This document shows, one piece after another, positions 62,657 to 63,628 of a stretch of 63,628 nucleotides of DNA. The stretch is taken from the NCBI GenBank assembly GCA_903839975.1, contig CAIMEH010000002.1, forward strand, positions 1 through 63,628, read 5' to 3'. The translations under genes and the position numbers were made by a program. The first letter of the stretch is position 1; every line of letters starts with the position of its first letter. Under the pieces are notes generated by a model. That model searched no databases. It was not told the origin of the DNA and saw only the letters and a program-made list of their open reading frames with translations. Source of the DNA: an uncultured Candidatus Berkelbacteria bacterium. GTDB lineage: Bacteria; Patescibacteriota; UBA1384; 2-12-FULL-50-11.

Positions 62657-62877
62657 TAGGTTAACCTTCTAGTTATTCTTCCAATCTTTAAATCGTAAGG
62701 ACTAAACTCTAGCGTAACGCGGTCACCAGGTAAGATTCTAATTCTATGACGTCGAATTCTTCCGGAGACATATCCGCGTGCCGAGTGCCCATTATCTAAG
62801 GTGATGCTAAATTGGGTGTTGGGTAGGGCTTCCTCTACGAGGCCGTCCATTTCAATCACTCCTTCTTTTTCAGACAT
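62656..62877 (-). CDS. infA: Translation initiation factor IF-1
   Basis: S1-like OB-fold sequence, 73 aa, in the conserved position between map and rpmJ. Confidence 0.9.
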   Translation of the reverse strand: MSEKEGVIEMDGLVEEALPNTQFSITLDNGHSARGYVSGRIRRHRIRILPGDRVTLEFSPYDLKIGRITRRLT

Positions 62878-62902
62878 CTGTTCAAATTTTACCTTTTATA
62901 TC

Positions 62903-63628
62903 TTATGCAGTCAAGACAATTGGTTCATTGTCAGTGACTATTATTGTATTTTCGCTGTGAACGCCGATGGCGCCGTTATCAGATAAAATTGCCCAGCCGT
63001 CAGGAGCTACGCCAATATGGCAAGGTTTATCGGTGATAATAGGTTCAATTGCCAAAACCATATCCTTTTTTAGCTTCACTCCCCTACCGTGTTGACCGTA
63101 GTTTGGGATGCTTGGTTCGTCTTGAAGAACTTTGGAAACACCATGGCCGGTAAGGTCTTTGATGACAAAAAAGCCATTTTTGGTGACGTGATCGTATATT
63201 ACCGCCCCTATATCACCTGTTGTATTGCCTGATTTGGCTACTTTTTGAGCTAATGAAAGGGCTTCATCGGCAACGTCACGTAGTCTAAGCAGGACAGGGT
63301 CTACGTCGCCCACCAGATGGGTTCTGGCAGTGTCTACAATCCATTCGTTGCAGGTTACGCCCAGATCAACAGATACGACGTCGCCTTCGCGGATAATATA
63401 GTTTGTTGGGATACCGTGGACTATCTCGTTATTTACGGAAATACAGGTCGCGGCCGGATAACCATTGAAACCAGTAAATGACGGTGTCATGCCAGCGGCT
63501 TTAATAATATCTTTGGTAGTGGCTTCAATCTCAAGCAGGCTGGTACCTGGCTTACACATTGAGGCGATTTTTTTATGTAATTCGCTGGCAACTTTGCCAG
63601 CTTTGGTGAGGGCGTCCAGTTTTGAAGC
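62903..63628 (-). CDS. map: Methionine aminopeptidase type I, 5'-partial (start lies beyond the right edge)
   Basis: MAP-type sequence. The frame stays open upstream of the listed ATG (63559) to the window end, reading ...ASKLDALTKAGKVASELHKKIAS-MCKPG. Confidence 0.85.
   Translation of the reverse strand, partial: ASKLDALTKAGKVASELHKKIASMCKPGTSLLEIEATTKDIIKAAGMTPSFTGFNGYPAATCISVNNEIVHGIPTNYIIREGDVVSVDLGVTCNEWIVDTARTHLVGDVDPVLLRLRDVADEALSLAQKVAKSGNTTGDIGAVIYDHVTKNGFFVIKDLTGHGVSKVLQDEPSIPNYGQHGRGVKLKKDMVLAIEPIITDKPCHIGVAPDGWAILSDNGAIGVHSENTIIVTDNEPIVLTA

Overview
This 63.6-kb window (roughly 43-45% GC by eye) looks like a core chromosomal segment of a reduced-genome bacterium. It resembles Patescibacteria/CPR, possibly Saccharibacteria, but that placement rests on gene content only and is low confidence.

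Most of the window is housekeeping:
- secDF, the division and shape genes ftsA-ftsZ and mreB, and class II (B12-dependent) RNR nrdJ.
- clpC-like ATPase, nusA, nusB-rnc, and glycolysis genes (pgi/pmi-eno-gpmI).
- leuS, aspS and pheST.
- The tail of the ribosomal-protein/rpoA cluster: map-infA-rpmJ-rpsM-rpsK-rpsD-rpoA-rplQ-rplM-rpsI.
- Three tRNAs. No rRNA, CRISPR array, transposase or reverse transcriptase was seen.

Items most worth a second look:
1. A 650-bp gene-free, hairpin-dense locus (7047-7701). It appears to hold two tandem minus-strand RNAs, each with its own sigma70-like promoter and terminator, and I could not assign either to a known family.
2. A LexA-linked cassette (27412-30331). 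A 17-nt operator-like motif (GTAC-N7-GTTC) is shared by the lexA promoter and by the promoter of a small-ORF / Y-family polymerase / GC-rich unknown-ORF operon.
3. Structured leaders with promoter-proximal terminators. One lies upstream of a putative vitamin transporter beside the B12 genes, and one lies upstream of a lytic transglycosylase.
4. An orphan promoter-to-terminator unit (27118-27410).
5. Exact duplications of tRNA termini around a divergent tRNA pair, and two free-standing LAGLIDADG-type ORFs, one of which overlaps a tRNA gene.
6. A recurrent leaderless promoter architecture (-10 box 6-9 nt before the ATG).
7. Domain-minimised core proteins: rpoA without an alpha-CTD, short PheS/PheT, and AspRS without the GAD insertion.

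All start codons that differ from the ORF track, all promoters and all RNA structures were called by eye from the sequence. They need computational or experimental confirmation.
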